From NCBI GenBank assembly GCA_009699315.1, contig WLOK01000002.1, positions 1-54,705 on the forward strand: 54,705 nucleotides of DNA, written 5' to 3'. The notes below the pieces were generated by a model. It saw nothing but the letters and a program-made list of their open reading frames with translations, searched no databases and was not told the DNA's origin. This document shows positions 1 through 9,571 of the stretch, piece by piece. How positions within the stretch are numbered: position 1 is the first letter of the stretch; every line of letters starts with the position of its first letter. The position numbers and the translations under genes are program-made. The stretch comes from Actinomycetota bacterium (GTDB lineage Bacteria; Actinomycetota; Actinomycetes; S36-B12).

Positions 1-175
1 AAGAAGGCGACTGCGAAGAAGGCTGTAAAGCGCACTGCGAAGAAGGCCGTAAAGCGCACCGCCAAGAAGGCGACTGCGAAGAAGGCTGTAAAGCGCACTG
101 CGAAGAAGGCCGTAAAGCGCACCGCCAAGAAGGCGACTGCGAAGAAGGCTGTAAAGCGCACTGCCAAGAAGGCCG
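1..175 (+). repeat. 63-bp in-frame tandem repeat, about 2.8 copies, inside the Lys/Ala-rich CDS
   Basis: Bases 1-63 and 64-126 are identical. The third copy from 127 matches for 38 nt, has one mismatch, matches 10 nt more, then diverges. Confidence 0.9.
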
Positions 176-231
176 CTCCCCGCAAGGCCGCTGCGAAGCG
201 TCCGGCGAAGCGTGCCGCCAAGAAGGCCTAA
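1..231 (+). CDS. 3' end of a Lys/Ala-rich histone-like DNA-binding protein (actinobacterial HU/Hlp-type basic tail); 5' end lies outside the window
   Basis: Frame 1 is open from base 1 and reads KKATAKKAVKRTAKKAVKRTA repeated. TAA at 229-231, followed by a strong hairpin. Confidence 0.6.
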   Translation, partial: KKATAKKAVKRTAKKAVKRTAKKATAKKAVKRTAKKAVKRTAKKATAKKAVKRTAKKAAPRKAAAKRPAKRAAKKA

Positions 232-242
232 GTCCTTCACGT

Positions 243-278
243 AATGAAGCCCGGCTCCTTATGGAGCCGGGCTTCATT
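243..278. terminator. Bidirectional stem-loop between convergent genes
   Basis: Perfect 16-bp stem aatgaagcccggctcc / ggagccgggcttcatt with loop ttat. It lies between the stop at 231 (+) and the stop at 289 (-). No clear U-tract. Confidence 0.6.
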
Positions 279-288
279 CATTCCAGAG

Positions 289-477
289 CTAGTTGTCGTC
301 CTCGCGGTCCTGCGCATCTGTGCGTGAATGCATCCGCTCCAGCGCACCCTCAGCCTCGGCACGAGTTGCGTAGGGCCCAAGGCGATCGAGGTTTCCCTCG
401 CCGAGGCCCTGCTCCACTTGTTGGGTAGTGAGGTTGAACCACCACTGCTCATTCATGTCGCCCACGCCGGTGTCCAT
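289..477 (-). CDS. Small conserved hypothetical protein (62 aa; ...WWFNL...[16 protein letters not shown]...)
   Basis: Internal ATG at 477 is preceded by AAGAGGAG at 5-nt spacing. The longer ORF to 621 would run through the divergent map gene start region. Confidence 0.5.
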   Translation of the reverse strand: MDTGVGDMNEQWWFNLTTQQVEQGLGEGNLDRLGPYATRAEAEGALERMHSRTDAQDREDDN

Positions 478-571
478 GGTTACTCCTCTTTTTGACACGT
501 CGGATATCGCGCCCCATCGTCCCAAAGACTCTCTGCGACGCTCACACCGGAACCCGTTTACACTGGCGAAC

Positions 572-1414
572 ATGTTGAAGCAAGGTGTGGTGTCATCCCG
601 GCGGACGGTGCCTGCGCACATTGCGCGGCCCGAATATGTCGATAAGCCCCGCCCAACTCCTTATGACGGCCCCGAGGTCAAGGACGCTGACACCATCGCG
701 GCAATGCGTGTGGCGGGCCGAATCGCTGCGCAAGCCCTCGCTGCGGTCGGAGCCGCAATCGCCCCAGGGGTGACCACCGACTTCCTCGACCAGGTGGGGC
801 ATGAGTTCCTGCTCGATCACGGCGCCTATCCGTCCACCCTCGGCTATCGCGGGTTCCCCAAGTCGTTATGCACGTCGCTCAATGAGGTCATTTGCCATGG
901 GATACCCGACTCCACCGTGCTGGAAGACGGAGACATCTGCAACATCGACATCACTGGTTTCATCGGCGGCGTTCACGGCGACACAAACGCCACCTTTCTC
1001 GTGGGTGACGTCGATGAGGCGTCGCGACTCCTCGTGGAACGCACTCACGAGGCGATGATGCGCGGAATCAAGGCGGTCGCTCCCGGGCGCCCACTCAATG
1101 TTGTCGGTCGGGTCATCGAGAGCTACGCAAAGCGATTCGACTATGGCGTCGTACGTGACTTCACCGGACACGGCATTGGTACCTCGTTTCACACCGGCTT
1201 GGTCGTGCCCCACTACGACGACCCGGCCTTGAACGTGACCATCGAGGAAGGCATGACCTTCACCATTGAGCCGATGCTGACCCTCGGCACCCACGACTAC
1301 GAAATCTGGTCAGACGGGTGGACAGTCGTCACTCAGGACCGGCTTCGCACCGCGCAGTGGGAACACACCATCTTGGTAACTTCCAGCGGCGCTGAGATCC
1401 TGACGCTCCCCTAG
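572..1414 (+). CDS. map: Type I methionine aminopeptidase (actinobacterial MapB-like)
   Basis: Translation closely resembles remembered M. tuberculosis MapB (ARPEYV..., GVTTD, STLGYxGFPKS.[42 protein letters not shown]). Start at ATG 572 gives a comparable N-terminus. Confidence 0.9.
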   Translation: MLKQGVVSSRRTVPAHIARPEYVDKPRPTPYDGPEVKDADTIAAMRVAGRIAAQALAAVGAAIAPGVTTDFLDQVGHEFLLDHGAYPSTLGYRGFPKSLCTSLNEVICHGIPDSTVLEDGDICNIDITGFIGGVHGDTNATFLVGDVDEASRLLVERTHEAMMRGIKAVAPGRPLNVVGRVIESYAKRFDYGVVRDFTGHGIGTSFHTGLVVPHYDDPALNVTIEEGMTFTIEPMLTLGTHDYEIWSDGWTVVTQDRLRTAQWEHTILVTSSGAEILTLP

Positions 1415-1447
1415 CCGCCAGATTTCGTACGATTTTCAACTACCGCC

Positions 1448-1453
1448 TAGACT
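1448..1453 (+). promoter_or_regulatory. Candidate -10 hexamer (TAGACT) placed for a leaderless marR transcript
   Basis: TANNNT hexamer ends 6 nt before GTG 1460. There is no Shine-Dalgarno sequence in between. Confidence 0.3.
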
Positions 1454-1459
1454 AAAGAC

Positions 1460-1918
1460 GTGGACACGACACCCCGTTGGTTGAACGAGAACGAGCAGCG
1501 GGCCTGGCGTGCCTGGATCGCCTCATCCCAACTTCTCCTTGACCGCCTCAGCCGAGACATCCAAGAACAGCATGGGCTCACGATGGCCGACTACGAGATT
1601 CTCGTACGTCTCTCTGAGGCCGCGGATCACCGCGTACGGATGAGTGATCTTGCCGATCGCACGCTTGCATCGCGCAGTCGCCTGTCGCACCAGATTGATC
1701 GGATGGAAAAGCGTGGCTTCGTCCTTCGTGAACAATGCACAGATGACAAGCGTGGCCAATTCGCGGTGTTGACCGAAACTGGCTGGCAGACTCTTGTCGC
1801 AGCGGCACCCGATCACGTCGAGAGCGTGCGGACCCACTTGGTCGACGTTCTCTCCCCCGCCGAGTTCGCTGCGCTCGGTGTCGCCTGCGAGAAGATCCTA
1901 GGAGGACTTCATGACTGA
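1460..1918 (+). CDS. MarR family transcriptional regulator
   Basis: 152-aa ORF with a winged-helix MarR pattern (LTMADYEILVRLSEA...RMSDLADRTLASRSRLSHQIDRMEKRGFV.R....DKRG). Confidence 0.85.
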   Translation: MDTTPRWLNENEQRAWRAWIASSQLLLDRLSRDIQEQHGLTMADYEILVRLSEAADHRVRMSDLADRTLASRSRLSHQIDRMEKRGFVLREQCTDDKRGQFAVLTETGWQTLVAAAPDHVESVRTHLVDVLSPAEFAALGVACEKILGGLHD

Positions 1919-2171
1919 TCACGGCTCGGTTGTTGTCTATGGTGCCGAATGGTGCGGGGATTGCCGCCGTTCCAAGGCGCAACTCGAGCGCTTGGGAATC
2001 GACTTTGATTATCGGGACGTAGCCGCGAATGACGCGGACAAGGACGAAGCCATTGCGATTTGTGGTCGTCAATCAATCCCGGTGATTGTTCTTCCCGATG
2101 GATCACACCTCGTGGAGCCGTCAAACCCGCAACTCGAGTCAGAGTTGCGTCGCTTGTCGCTCATCGACTGA
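1911..2171 (+). CDS. Glutaredoxin-like / mycoredoxin-like thioredoxin-fold protein (CGDC active site)
   Basis: 86 aa, VVVYGAEWCGDCRRSKAQLERLGIDFDYRDV. The ATG overlaps the marR stop by 8 nt. Confidence 0.75.
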   Translation: MTDHGSVVVYGAEWCGDCRRSKAQLERLGIDFDYRDVAANDADKDEAIAICGRQSIPVIVLPDGSHLVEPSNPQLESELRRLSLID

Positions 2172-2187
2172 CGCGAGTGAATCTCAG

Positions 2188-2582
2188 GGCGGCGGACGAG
2201 TCACCCTGTAAGCCGGATTCTGTCCCCGAAGGGGGCGATCATCCATCTGGGATCACCGTTGCCGGTGACCTCATGCGGTCTACCCGCGGATGCCTGATTG
2301 CTCAGGATGAGCGGGCCGCTCATCATCCGCGCAGCTGCACGCAGCCTTTTGACCTTGCTCCGGGTGGGGTTTGCCTAGCCACACCGATCACTCGGCATGC
2401 TGGTGGTCTCTTACACCGCCGTTTCACCCTTACCGACTCCGGAGAGCCGGCGGTCTGTTTTCTGTGGCACTTTCCCGTGGGTTGCCCCAGGTGGCCGTTA
2501 GCCACCACCTTGCCCTGTGGAGTCCGGACTTTCCTCGACAGATTTTACCTGCCGCGACCGCCCGAGCGACTCGTCCGCCGCC
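2188..2582 (-). ncRNA. rnpB: RNase P RNA (bacterial type A)
   Basis: The minus strand carries the conserved GAAAGTCCGGACTCCACAGGGCAAGGTGG and ACAGAATCCGGCTTACAGGG elements. P1 pairing joins GGCGGACGAGTC at the 5' end with GACTCGTCCGCC at the 3' end. Ends are approximate. Confidence 0.9.
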
Positions 2583-2598
2583 TTGCAAGGATAGCCCC

Positions 2599-3384
2599 GT
2601 GCTGATCCTGCTCCCACCCAGCGAGTCAAAATCGTCGCCAGATGGAGGTCCCCGACTCAATCTCACGGAACTCTTCGCTCCAGAACTGACTAAAGTCCGC
2701 CGGCCGCTTCTCGACGCGTTAATCCGCATGTGCGCCAAAGAGCCGCGAGTCGCCCTACGTAATCTTGCTCTCAGCGACCGCCAGGTCGGCGAGGTACACC
2801 GCAATACGGCGATCAAACAAGCCCCCTGTGCGCCCGCTGCGGAGATCTACACCGGTGTCCTATTCGACGCCCTGTGCCTATCTAATCTCCCGCGTGCCGC
2901 TCGCTCACGGGCCAACGAACGAGTTCTCATCGCGTCGGCCTTATTTGGCGCCATACGCCCGGAGGATCTCATCCCGGCTTACCGTCTCTCGGCAAGTTCA
3001 CGCGTGCCGGGCATTGACTCACTCAACCGCATGTGGAAGTCGCCACTTGGCCTCGCGCTGGAGACTCGGGCTGATGGAAGAGTCGTCTTGGATTTGCGCT
3101 CTAGCGACTACGCCGCATTGGCTCAGGTGCCCAGTTCCCTTGCCGAACGCACTGTCATCGGCAAGGTGGTGGATTCATCCACCGGCCGGAAAATCGCAGT
3201 GAGCCATTTCAATAAGGCAACTAAGGGCTACTTGACTAGGGAACTTCTACGCAGCGCAAAGACTCCACGCACACCGGACTCCTTGGCGGCAATGTGCGAA
3301 GCAGCGGGATTCGAAGTCAACTTGCTCGAGCCGAGCAAAGTCGATGCTCCATGGACACTCGAGATTGAACAGCACCACGGCTGA
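2599..3384 (+). CDS. yaaA: YaaA/DUF328 family peroxide-stress protein
   Basis: GTG 2599 gives VLILLPPSESK. Also IYTG..F, PAYRL and SHFNKATKG match the remembered E. coli YaaA pattern. The upstream part of the ORF overlaps rnpB. Confidence 0.8.
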   Translation: MLILLPPSESKSSPDGGPRLNLTELFAPELTKVRRPLLDALIRMCAKEPRVALRNLALSDRQVGEVHRNTAIKQAPCAPAAEIYTGVLFDALCLSNLPRAARSRANERVLIASALFGAIRPEDLIPAYRLSASSRVPGIDSLNRMWKSPLGLALETRADGRVVLDLRSSDYAALAQVPSSLAERTVIGKVVDSSTGRKIAVSHFNKATKGYLTRELLRSAKTPRTPDSLAAMCEAAGFEVNLLEPSKVDAPWTLEIEQHHG

Positions 3385-3394
3385 GACTCCGAGA

Positions 3395-4519
3395 TTAACC
3401 AAGGTGACGAGTGTGCGTCGCTTCCGCAAACCCGAGCAGGGAAGCGTGCCCGTCGGAAAACCAGGAAATCGTAGAGATGGAGCAGGGCGAAAGTTCCATT
3501 CGAAACACCGACTGCAATGGGGCCTCGAGCGCTCTTCCCACCAGGATCTTCGTGGGAGTCACGTGACTTATCACGGCAACGCGAAGCCCGTGGTGTCTGG
3601 CGATGATGTCTCGTCGGGCCTCTTCCACCCGAGATCGAACCTCGTTGAACGTCTCGCCCCCCGGCGGAGCGACATCTGCTGAAGACAGCCATGCGCGCAG
3701 TTGCTCTGGCCAACGTTCGTTGATCTCGGCGTACGTGCAGCCATCCCATTCACCATATGACGCCTCAGCGATACCGCCATGAATCTCCAGCGGGCAACCC
3801 AATGCGTCCGCCACAAACCCGGCTGTCTGTCGGGTACGGAGCAGCGGAGAGGTCACCACGATGTCTGCCCCACCACGAGCGATGAGTTCTGCGGCGAGCG
3901 CCTTGGCCTGAGCCTGTCCCAAGTCGGTCAGCGGAAGGTCTGCTCCCCCACTTCCACTAAATCGCTTCTCAGCCGTGTATTCGGTCACCCCATGTCGGCA
4001 GATAAGCGTGGTGGTGGATATGCCGAGATTCCCCGCCCAGCCAAGCTTTGGCGTAGTGGGCGCGGGTGCAGGGTCGCTTTGTGGGCGCACCAGGATTCGC
4101 CCGCTGCCACCGGCTCGCACATCATCGAGACTCATGTTGACTAGGCGATCCGCAGTTGTGTTCTTCTCCCGCGGAATCCACTCGTAGGTCACGTGCGTCT
4201 GATCAAAAGCCGCATGGGCCGCCTTGACGAGATCCTTCATGTTGGCGTTCTTGACTTGCCATCGACCGCTCATCTGCTCGACGACGAGCTTGGAATCCAT
4301 GCGCACTTCAATGGATGCGCTCGGATCGATGTGAGCACATTCATGCAAGCCAGCGACGAGACCGCTGTATTCGGCCACGTTATTGGTGGTCTCACCTACA
4401 TAGTCCGCTAATTCGGCGAGGAGGACTCCGGAGATCGCATCGATCACAACTGCGCCATAAGCGGCCGGACCCGGATTGCCGCGCGAGCCACCATCGGCCT
4501 CAATGATGAAACGGCGCAC
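3395..4519 (-). CDS. Bifunctional RNase H / histidine-phosphatase (Rv2228c-like)
   Basis: N-terminus has ADGGSRGNPGPAAYG (RNase HI). C-terminus has RHGVTEYT...SG and a HisPhos-like ending. Confidence 0.85.
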   Translation of the reverse strand: MRRFIIEADGGSRGNPGPAAYGAVVIDAISGVLLAELADYVGETTNNVAEYSGLVAGLHECAHIDPSASIEVRMDSKLVVEQMSGRWQVKNANMKDLVKAAHAAFDQTHVTYEWIPREKNTTADRLVNMSLDDVRAGGSGRILVRPQSDPAPAPTTPKLGWAGNLGISTTTLICRHGVTEYTAEKRFSGSGGADLPLTDLGQAQAKALAAELIARGGADIVVTSPLLRTRQTAGFVADALGCPLEIHGGIAEASYGEWDGCTYAEINERWPEQLRAWLSSADVAPPGGETFNEVRSRVEEARRDIIARHHGLRVAVISHVTPTKILVGRALEAPLQSVFRMELSPCSISTISWFSDGHASLLGFAEATHTRHLG

Positions 4520-4523
4520 GAAA

Positions 4524-5294
4524 CTACAGGCCCGACTCGGCGGTGCGGATCAGAATGCGACGGCACTCTTCGCAGCGCAACAGTTCGTGAGAAGGCGCCT
4601 CGCGAATGCGATTGATGTCCACTGCCGTGAGTTCCATGTGACAGCCCTCGCAGCGTCCGCGGTGCAATGCGGCAGCTGCCACACCGTCATGATCGGCCCG
4701 CAACTTCTCGTAGAACTTGAGCAAATCTGCGGGGACCTCACCAGCCATCAACGCCCGCTCATTCGTGAGTTCGGCTCTCTCTACACCAAGGGCATCGGCG
4801 GCGACATCCCGAGCCTCATTCGCTGCTGCCGAATCGACAGCAAGACCATCACGTCGAGTCACGAGCGCCGCAAGCTCGTGTTCTGCAATCTCCACGCGCT
4901 CCATGATCTCGATCTCCACATCCTCGAGATCGGCCTGTCGACGCGCAAGTGAGCCGAGCTCATGTTGGAGGTTCTCCAACTGCTTGGGATCGTTGATGCT
5001 GCCGGAGTCGAGCAAATGTTGATCCTTAGATACCCGTTGGCGCACCAACTCGACATCAGCATCGGCCCGGTTCTGCTCACGCCGAAGATCGAAGAGGGCG
5101 GCTTCGGCACCAGCGATCTCGTCGTCAAGCGCCATGACCTCCGCATGGAGGCTAGCCGCAGTGACCGCCTCAGGTAGGGTACGCGCGCGATGGGCGTTGC
5201 GGTCTAACTCGCTGTCGACCTTCTGCAGGTCCAACAACCGGATCTGAATGAACGGATCGATGTTCAGGGCATGCTCCTCAGATGTGCGGTCCAC
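4524..5294 (-). CDS. C4-type zinc-ribbon coiled-coil protein (DUF164, Rv2229c-like)
   Basis: Coiled-coil body plus a C-terminal CEGC...CEEC zinc ribbon. Start is uncertain: GTG 5294 has no SD, while CTG 5267 is preceded by GAGGAG. Confidence 0.75.
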   Translation of the reverse strand: MDRTSEEHALNIDPFIQIRLLDLQKVDSELDRNAHRARTLPEAVTAASLHAEVMALDDEIAGAEAALFDLRREQNRADADVELVRQRVSKDQHLLDSGSINDPKQLENLQHELGSLARRQADLEDVEIEIMERVEIAEHELAALVTRRDGLAVDSAAANEARDVAADALGVERAELTNERALMAGEVPADLLKFYEKLRADHDGVAAAALHRGRCEGCHMELTAVDINRIREAPSHELLRCEECRRILIRTAESGL

Positions 5295-6091
5295 GGATCG
5301 GTCACGATTCGCGACACGTCCACCGTAGCGCCCGGCAGCCCCACGCGAAGAACCCGCGCAAGGTCCTCCAGCCACGGCCACTCTGATGCCCAGTGGGACA
5401 CGTCGATGACGGCGCATCCTCCGGCGAGGACGTGGTCCTGGATGCGGTGGTGCTTGAGATCAGAGGTGACGTAGACGTCAGCCCCTGCAGCGGTCGCGGC
5501 GCTCAACAACGAGTCACCTGAGCCCCCACAGACGGCCACTCGAACCACCCGATGTGACGCGTCACCAGCGACTCGTACGCCGTGGGCGGTCCCTGGCAGA
5601 TCAGCAGCCACACGATTCGCGAAATCTCCCAAGCTCATCGGCTCGGCCAAAGAACCAATGCGACCGAGTCCAGTTTTCGGATCGCTGAGCGGGGATAGCG
5701 GTACACAATCGTGAACACCGAGCGCGGCGGCGAGTGCGTCGGAAACACCAGGGAATGCGTTGTCTGCATTCGTGTGTGCGTTAGCCAGCGCGATGCCCGC
5801 TCGAATGAGGTCGTGCACAGTTCGGCCCGCGACGGTGTCAGCTGCCACCGAGGTCACACCACTCAGAAAGAGCGGGTGGTGGGTGACGATCATGTTGTAC
5901 GAACCTGCAGCGGCTTGCGCGACAACCGCAGGCACGGGGTCGACTGCCAGCAGGATCCGCAGCGCCGGAGCAGCCGGATCACCACAGATGAGCCCGAAGG
6001 CGTCCCAACCCTCAGCCAGTTCCACCGGATAGGCGTCGGCGATCACCCCCAGAGCATCAGCCACCGTGGCCGTATTGAGGGATGCCTGCAT
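5264..6091 (-). CDS. Nif3-like dinuclear metal centre protein
   Basis: 275 aa with the NIF3 pattern (MIVTHHPL, NAHTNAD, VYVTSDLKHH). Confidence 0.85.
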   Translation of the reverse strand: MQASLNTATVADALGVIADAYPVELAEGWDAFGLICGDPAAPALRILLAVDPVPAVVAQAAAGSYNMIVTHHPLFLSGVTSVAADTVAGRTVHDLIRAGIALANAHTNADNAFPGVSDALAAALGVHDCVPLSPLSDPKTGLGRIGSLAEPMSLGDFANRVAADLPGTAHGVRVAGDASHRVVRVAVCGGSGDSLLSAATAAGADVYVTSDLKHHRIQDHVLAGGCAVIDVSHWASEWPWLEDLARVLRVGLPGATVDVSRIVTDPWTAHLRSMP

Positions 6092-6128
6092 GGCTGAAGG
6101 TTAGCCGTAGATGGCATGATTCAGCCGC

Positions 6129-6205
6129 GGGCCTGTAGCTCAGTTGGTTAGAGCGCTTCCCTTACAAGGAAGATGCCGGGGGTTCGAGTCCCTCCAGGCC
6201 CACCA
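6129..6205 (+). tRNA. tRNA-Val (anticodon TAC), CCA encoded
   Basis: Acceptor stem gggcctg/caggccc. Anticodon stem cttcc/ggaag with loop CTTACAA. T-loop GGTTCGAGTCC. Confidence 0.9.
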
Positions 6206-6211
6206 CACCTA

Positions 6212-6241
6212 CCAAGGCCAAGCCCTAGCGCTTGGCCTTGG
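6212..6241. terminator. Stem-loop between tRNA-Val and the convergent DUF3052 gene
   Basis: Perfect 12-bp stem ccaaggccaagc / gcttggccttgg with a 6-nt loop. The right arm overlaps the last codons of the minus-strand CDS. Confidence 0.5.
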
Positions 6242-6641
6242 GCGCAACCAGACGAGTGCCCTGCCAGTCTCGCGAGGCGCTCACGGTGGAGGTCTGCTGC
6301 AATCCGGCTGTCGGAGCAGCATCAGCGATGTCTTCGGGCTCCACGTGTCCGGGTCGGCCGGGCTTGGGCGTAAATAGCCAAATAACGCCGCTATCCGTGA
6401 GCGGTGCGAGTGCGTCCACTAAAGAATCCACGAGGTCACCATCGCTGTCGCGCCACCATAAAATTACGACATCGACAACATCGTTGTGGTCCTCGGCAAC
6501 CAGCTCGAGCCCCTCGACACTCGCTAGTGCGGCGCCCACTTCCTCGGCAACATCATCGTCGTAACCCACCTCCCAGACACTGCTGCCTGGCACGAGACCC
6601 ATCTTCGCCGCGAACGACGTCCCCTCCGCTGGCGCGGTCAC
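6225..6641 (-). CDS. DUF3052 domain protein (Rv2239c-like)
   Basis: GTG 6641 is preceded by AAGGAG. VWEVGYDDDV...VDVVILWWRD...LVD is the remembered DUF3052 pattern. Confidence 0.75.
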   Translation of the reverse strand: MTAPAEGTSFAAKMGLVPGSSVWEVGYDDDVAEEVGAALASVEGLELVAEDHNDVVDVVILWWRDSDGDLVDSLVDALAPLTDSGVIWLFTPKPGRPGHVEPEDIADAAPTAGLQQTSTVSASRDWQGTRLVAPKAKR

Positions 6642-6826
6642 GATTCTCCTTCGGTCGGGCACCACTGAACGATGCGTGGGGTTAGTCCACCGGAATGGGG
6701 CCCCAAGCGCAAGCCCCATGAGAAAAATTCGTCAGAGAAATTCCGGATTCACACTCACATAGGCCAAGATGGACCCAGTCCGCAGGATCGGCGATCCCGA
6801 GCCTGCCCACGATGGAGGGTCCCACC

Positions 6827-9571
6827 ATGACCGCACGTCAAGATGCATTTCGTGAATACGAGCCACTGATCCCGGCCGGGCTACCCAGCCAGTATGTCGA
6901 CGTTGATCCAGACGAGACACAGGAGTGGACGAGGGCCCTCGATCAGGTTGTCGACTCCGCAGGTGCCCAGCGCGCCCGATATCTCATGCTCTCGCTTCTC
7001 CGACGTGCGGATGAGCGCAATGTCGGTGTGCCCAGTCTGCGCAGCACCGACTACATCAACACGATCCCGCCCGAGCACGAGCCGTGGTTCCCGGGTGATG
7101 AAGACATCGAACGAAAAATTCGTTCCTACATTCGCTGGAATGCCGCGATCATGGTTCATCGCGCGCAACGGCCCGGTGTCGGAGTGGGTGGACACATCTC
7201 CACCTACGCCTCAGCATCCACGTTGTACGAAGTCGGTTTCAACCACTTCTTCCGCGGTCCCGATCACGTCGGTGGCGGAGATCAAGTGTTCTTCCAGGGC
7301 CACGCCTCCCCCGGCATCTACGCGCGCGCCTTCCTCGAGGGACGTCTGAGCGAGGGACAACTAGACGGGTTCAGGCAGGAGCTCACTCAGCCTCAATCCC
7401 TTCCCTCGTATCCGCATCCGCGTCTCATGCCGTGGTTCTGGCAGTTCCCCACGGTCTCCATGGGGCTAGGACCTCTCCATGCGATTTACCAGGCCCGCTT
7501 CAATCGCTATCTCCACGACCGAGGCATTAAAGACACGAGCCAGCAGCGGGTGTGGGCATTTCTAGGCGACGGCGAGATGGACGAGGTCGAGAGCATCGGC
7601 GCCATCGGCCTCGCGGCACGAGAGCGTCTCGACAATCTGACCTTCGTGGTCAACTGCAACCTGCAACGACTCGATGGACCGGTCCGCGGCAACGGAAAGA
7701 TCATTCAAGAACTTGAGTCGGTTTTCCGCGGTGCCGGATGGAATGTTCTCAAGGTGGTGTGGGGCCGCAATTGGGATCCCCTACTCGCGCAAGATCGCGA
7801 GGGTGCGCTCGTCAACATCATGAACTCCACACCCGACGGTGACTTCCAAACGTACAAAGCCGAAGACGGTGCATTTGTCCGCGAGAACTTCTTTGGTCGC
7901 GACCCTCGCACCGCAGCACTCGTGTCGAGTTACTCAGACGAGCAGATCTGGGCGCTTCAGCGAGGCGGTCATGACTATCGCAAGCTCTACGCGGCCTATC
8001 GCGCAGCGACGGAGACGCAAGGCCAACCAACCGTCATCCTCGCTAAGACCATCAAGGGCTGGACCTTGGGATCTCACTTCGAGGGACGCAACGCCACTCA
8101 TCAGATGAAGAAACTCAGCCTCGAAGATTTGAAGGAGTTTCGCGATCGCCTGCGCGTACCGATTGCTGATGACGCCATTGATGCAAAACTTCCGCCCTAT
8201 TTCCACCCGGGTGTTGACAGCGAGGAATACCGGTATTTGCTCGACCGCCGACGCAAGCTCGGTGGAGGCGTACCGGAGCGGAGGGTTCGCAGCAAGCCGC
8301 TACCCATGCCTGAGGATTCGGCATTCGACACGATCCGACACGGCTCCGGCAAACAACAGGTCGCCACAACAATGGCTTTTGTCCGACTTTTGAAAGACCT
8401 TATGAAGGATCCACAGATCGGCGAGCGCTTTGTACCGATCATCCCCGATGAGGCGCGCACATTCGGAATGGATTCCCTCTTCCCCACGGCACAGATCTAC
8501 TCACCTTTCGGACAGCGCTACACCTCGGTAGACCGCGAACACATCCTCAGCTACAAGGAATCGACAACCGGTCAGATCCTGCACGAAGGCATCAACGAGG
8601 CGGGTTCCGTCGCTTCATTCATTGCCGCGGGTTCTGCCTACTCCACTCACGGTGAGCCCATGATTCCGATCTACATCTTCTACTCGATGTTCGGTTTTCA
8701 GCGCACAGGCGATGCGTTTTGGGCCGCGATGGACCAGATGTGCCGGGGCTTCGTACTCGGGGCTACCGCAGGCCGCACCACACTCAACGGTGAAGGCCTG
8801 CAACATCAAGACGGTCATTCAATGTTGCTTGCCTCCACGAACCCCGCAGTCGTCGCCTACGACCCGGCGTTCTCCTACGAAATCGCACACATCGTTAAAG
8901 ACGGTCTGCGACGTATGTACGGCGAGAACTCCGAAAACATCTACTACTACCTCACTGTGTACAACGAGCCCTATGTGCAACCCGTTGAACCGGCAGACGT
9001 GGACGTCGAAGGAATCATCCGCGGCATGCATCTCATCTCACCGGCGAAAGAGAACTCCACTCCTCGGGCACAACTACTGGCGTCAGGCGTGGGAGTCAAT
9101 TGGGCATTGAAGGCCCAGCAGTTGCTCCATGAAGATTGGGGCATCAACACCGACCTGTGGTCGGTGACTTCTTGGAACGAGTTGCGCAGAGACGGTCTCG
9201 AGGTCGACCGATATAACCTCCTCAACCCCATGTCCGAACGTCGCACGGCGTACGTCACCCAGCGGCTCGCCCATGCGCCCGGACCCGTAATCGCCGTCTC
9301 AGACTGGATGAGGTCCGTGCAAGATCAGATCCGCGAGTGGGTGCCACAGCCGTTTGTTTCTTTAGGCACAGACGGTGCCGGCATGTCCGACACTCGCGGG
9401 GCTTTGCGCCGCCACTTCCTCGTGGATGCCGAGTCGATCGTGACGCAGACATTGTCGATTCTGGCTCAGACTGGTGAGGTCGGAGTCGAACGAGTAGCCC
9501 AAGCAATCGATCGGTATCGTCTTAATGATCCATCGGCGGCGGATGCAGGCAACACGGAAGGAGCTAGTTGA
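6827..9571 (+). CDS. aceE: Pyruvate dehydrogenase E1 component (homodimeric type)
   Basis: About 914 aa. [14 protein letters not shown] and GDGEMDE (ThDP motif) are typical of AceE. ATG 6827 follows GGAGGG; ATG 6812 is an alternative start. Confidence 0.92.
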   Translation: MTARQDAFREYEPLIPAGLPSQYVDVDPDETQEWTRALDQVVDSAGAQRARYLMLSLLRRADERNVGVPSLRSTDYINTIPPEHEPWFPGDEDIERKIRSYIRWNAAIMVHRAQRPGVGVGGHISTYASASTLYEVGFNHFFRGPDHVGGGDQVFFQGHASPGIYARAFLEGRLSEGQLDGFRQELTQPQSLPSYPHPRLMPWFWQFPTVSMGLGPLHAIYQARFNRYLHDRGIKDTSQQRVWAFLGDGEMDEVESIGAIGLAARERLDNLTFVVNCNLQRLDGPVRGNGKIIQELESVFRGAGWNVLKVVWGRNWDPLLAQDREGALVNIMNSTPDGDFQTYKAEDGAFVRENFFGRDPRTAALVSSYSDEQIWALQRGGHDYRKLYAAYRAATETQGQPTVILAKTIKGWTLGSHFEGRNATHQMKKLSLEDLKEFRDRLRVPIADDAIDAKLPPYFHPGVDSEEYRYLLDRRRKLGGGVPERRVRSKPLPMPEDSAFDTIRHGSGKQQVATTMAFVRLLKDLMKDPQIGERFVPIIPDEARTFGMDSLFPTAQIYSPFGQRYTSVDREHILSYKESTTGQILHEGINEAGSVASFIAAGSAYSTHGEPMIPIYIFYSMFGFQRTGDAFWAAMDQMCRGFVLGATAGRTTLNGEGLQHQDGHSMLLASTNPAVVAYDPAFSYEIAHIVKDGLRRMYGENSENIYYYLTVYNEPYVQPVEPADVDVEGIIRGMHLISPAKENSTPRAQLLASGVGVNWALKAQQLLHEDWGINTDLWSVTSWNELRRDGLEVDRYNLLNPMSERRTAYVTQRLAHAPGPVIAVSDWMRSVQDQIREWVPQPFVSLGTDGAGMSDTRGALRRHFLVDAESIVTQTLSILAQTGEVGVERVAQAIDRYRLNDPSAADAGNTEGAS

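Noticed and set aside
2060-2605. 181-aa ORF, and the first 76 codons of the 2371-3384 ORF, as protein-coding genes
   Set aside because: They lie across the RNase P RNA, whose conserved motifs are on the opposite strand. They are Arg/Pro/Cys-rich with no protein signature. yaaA similarity only begins at GTG 2599.
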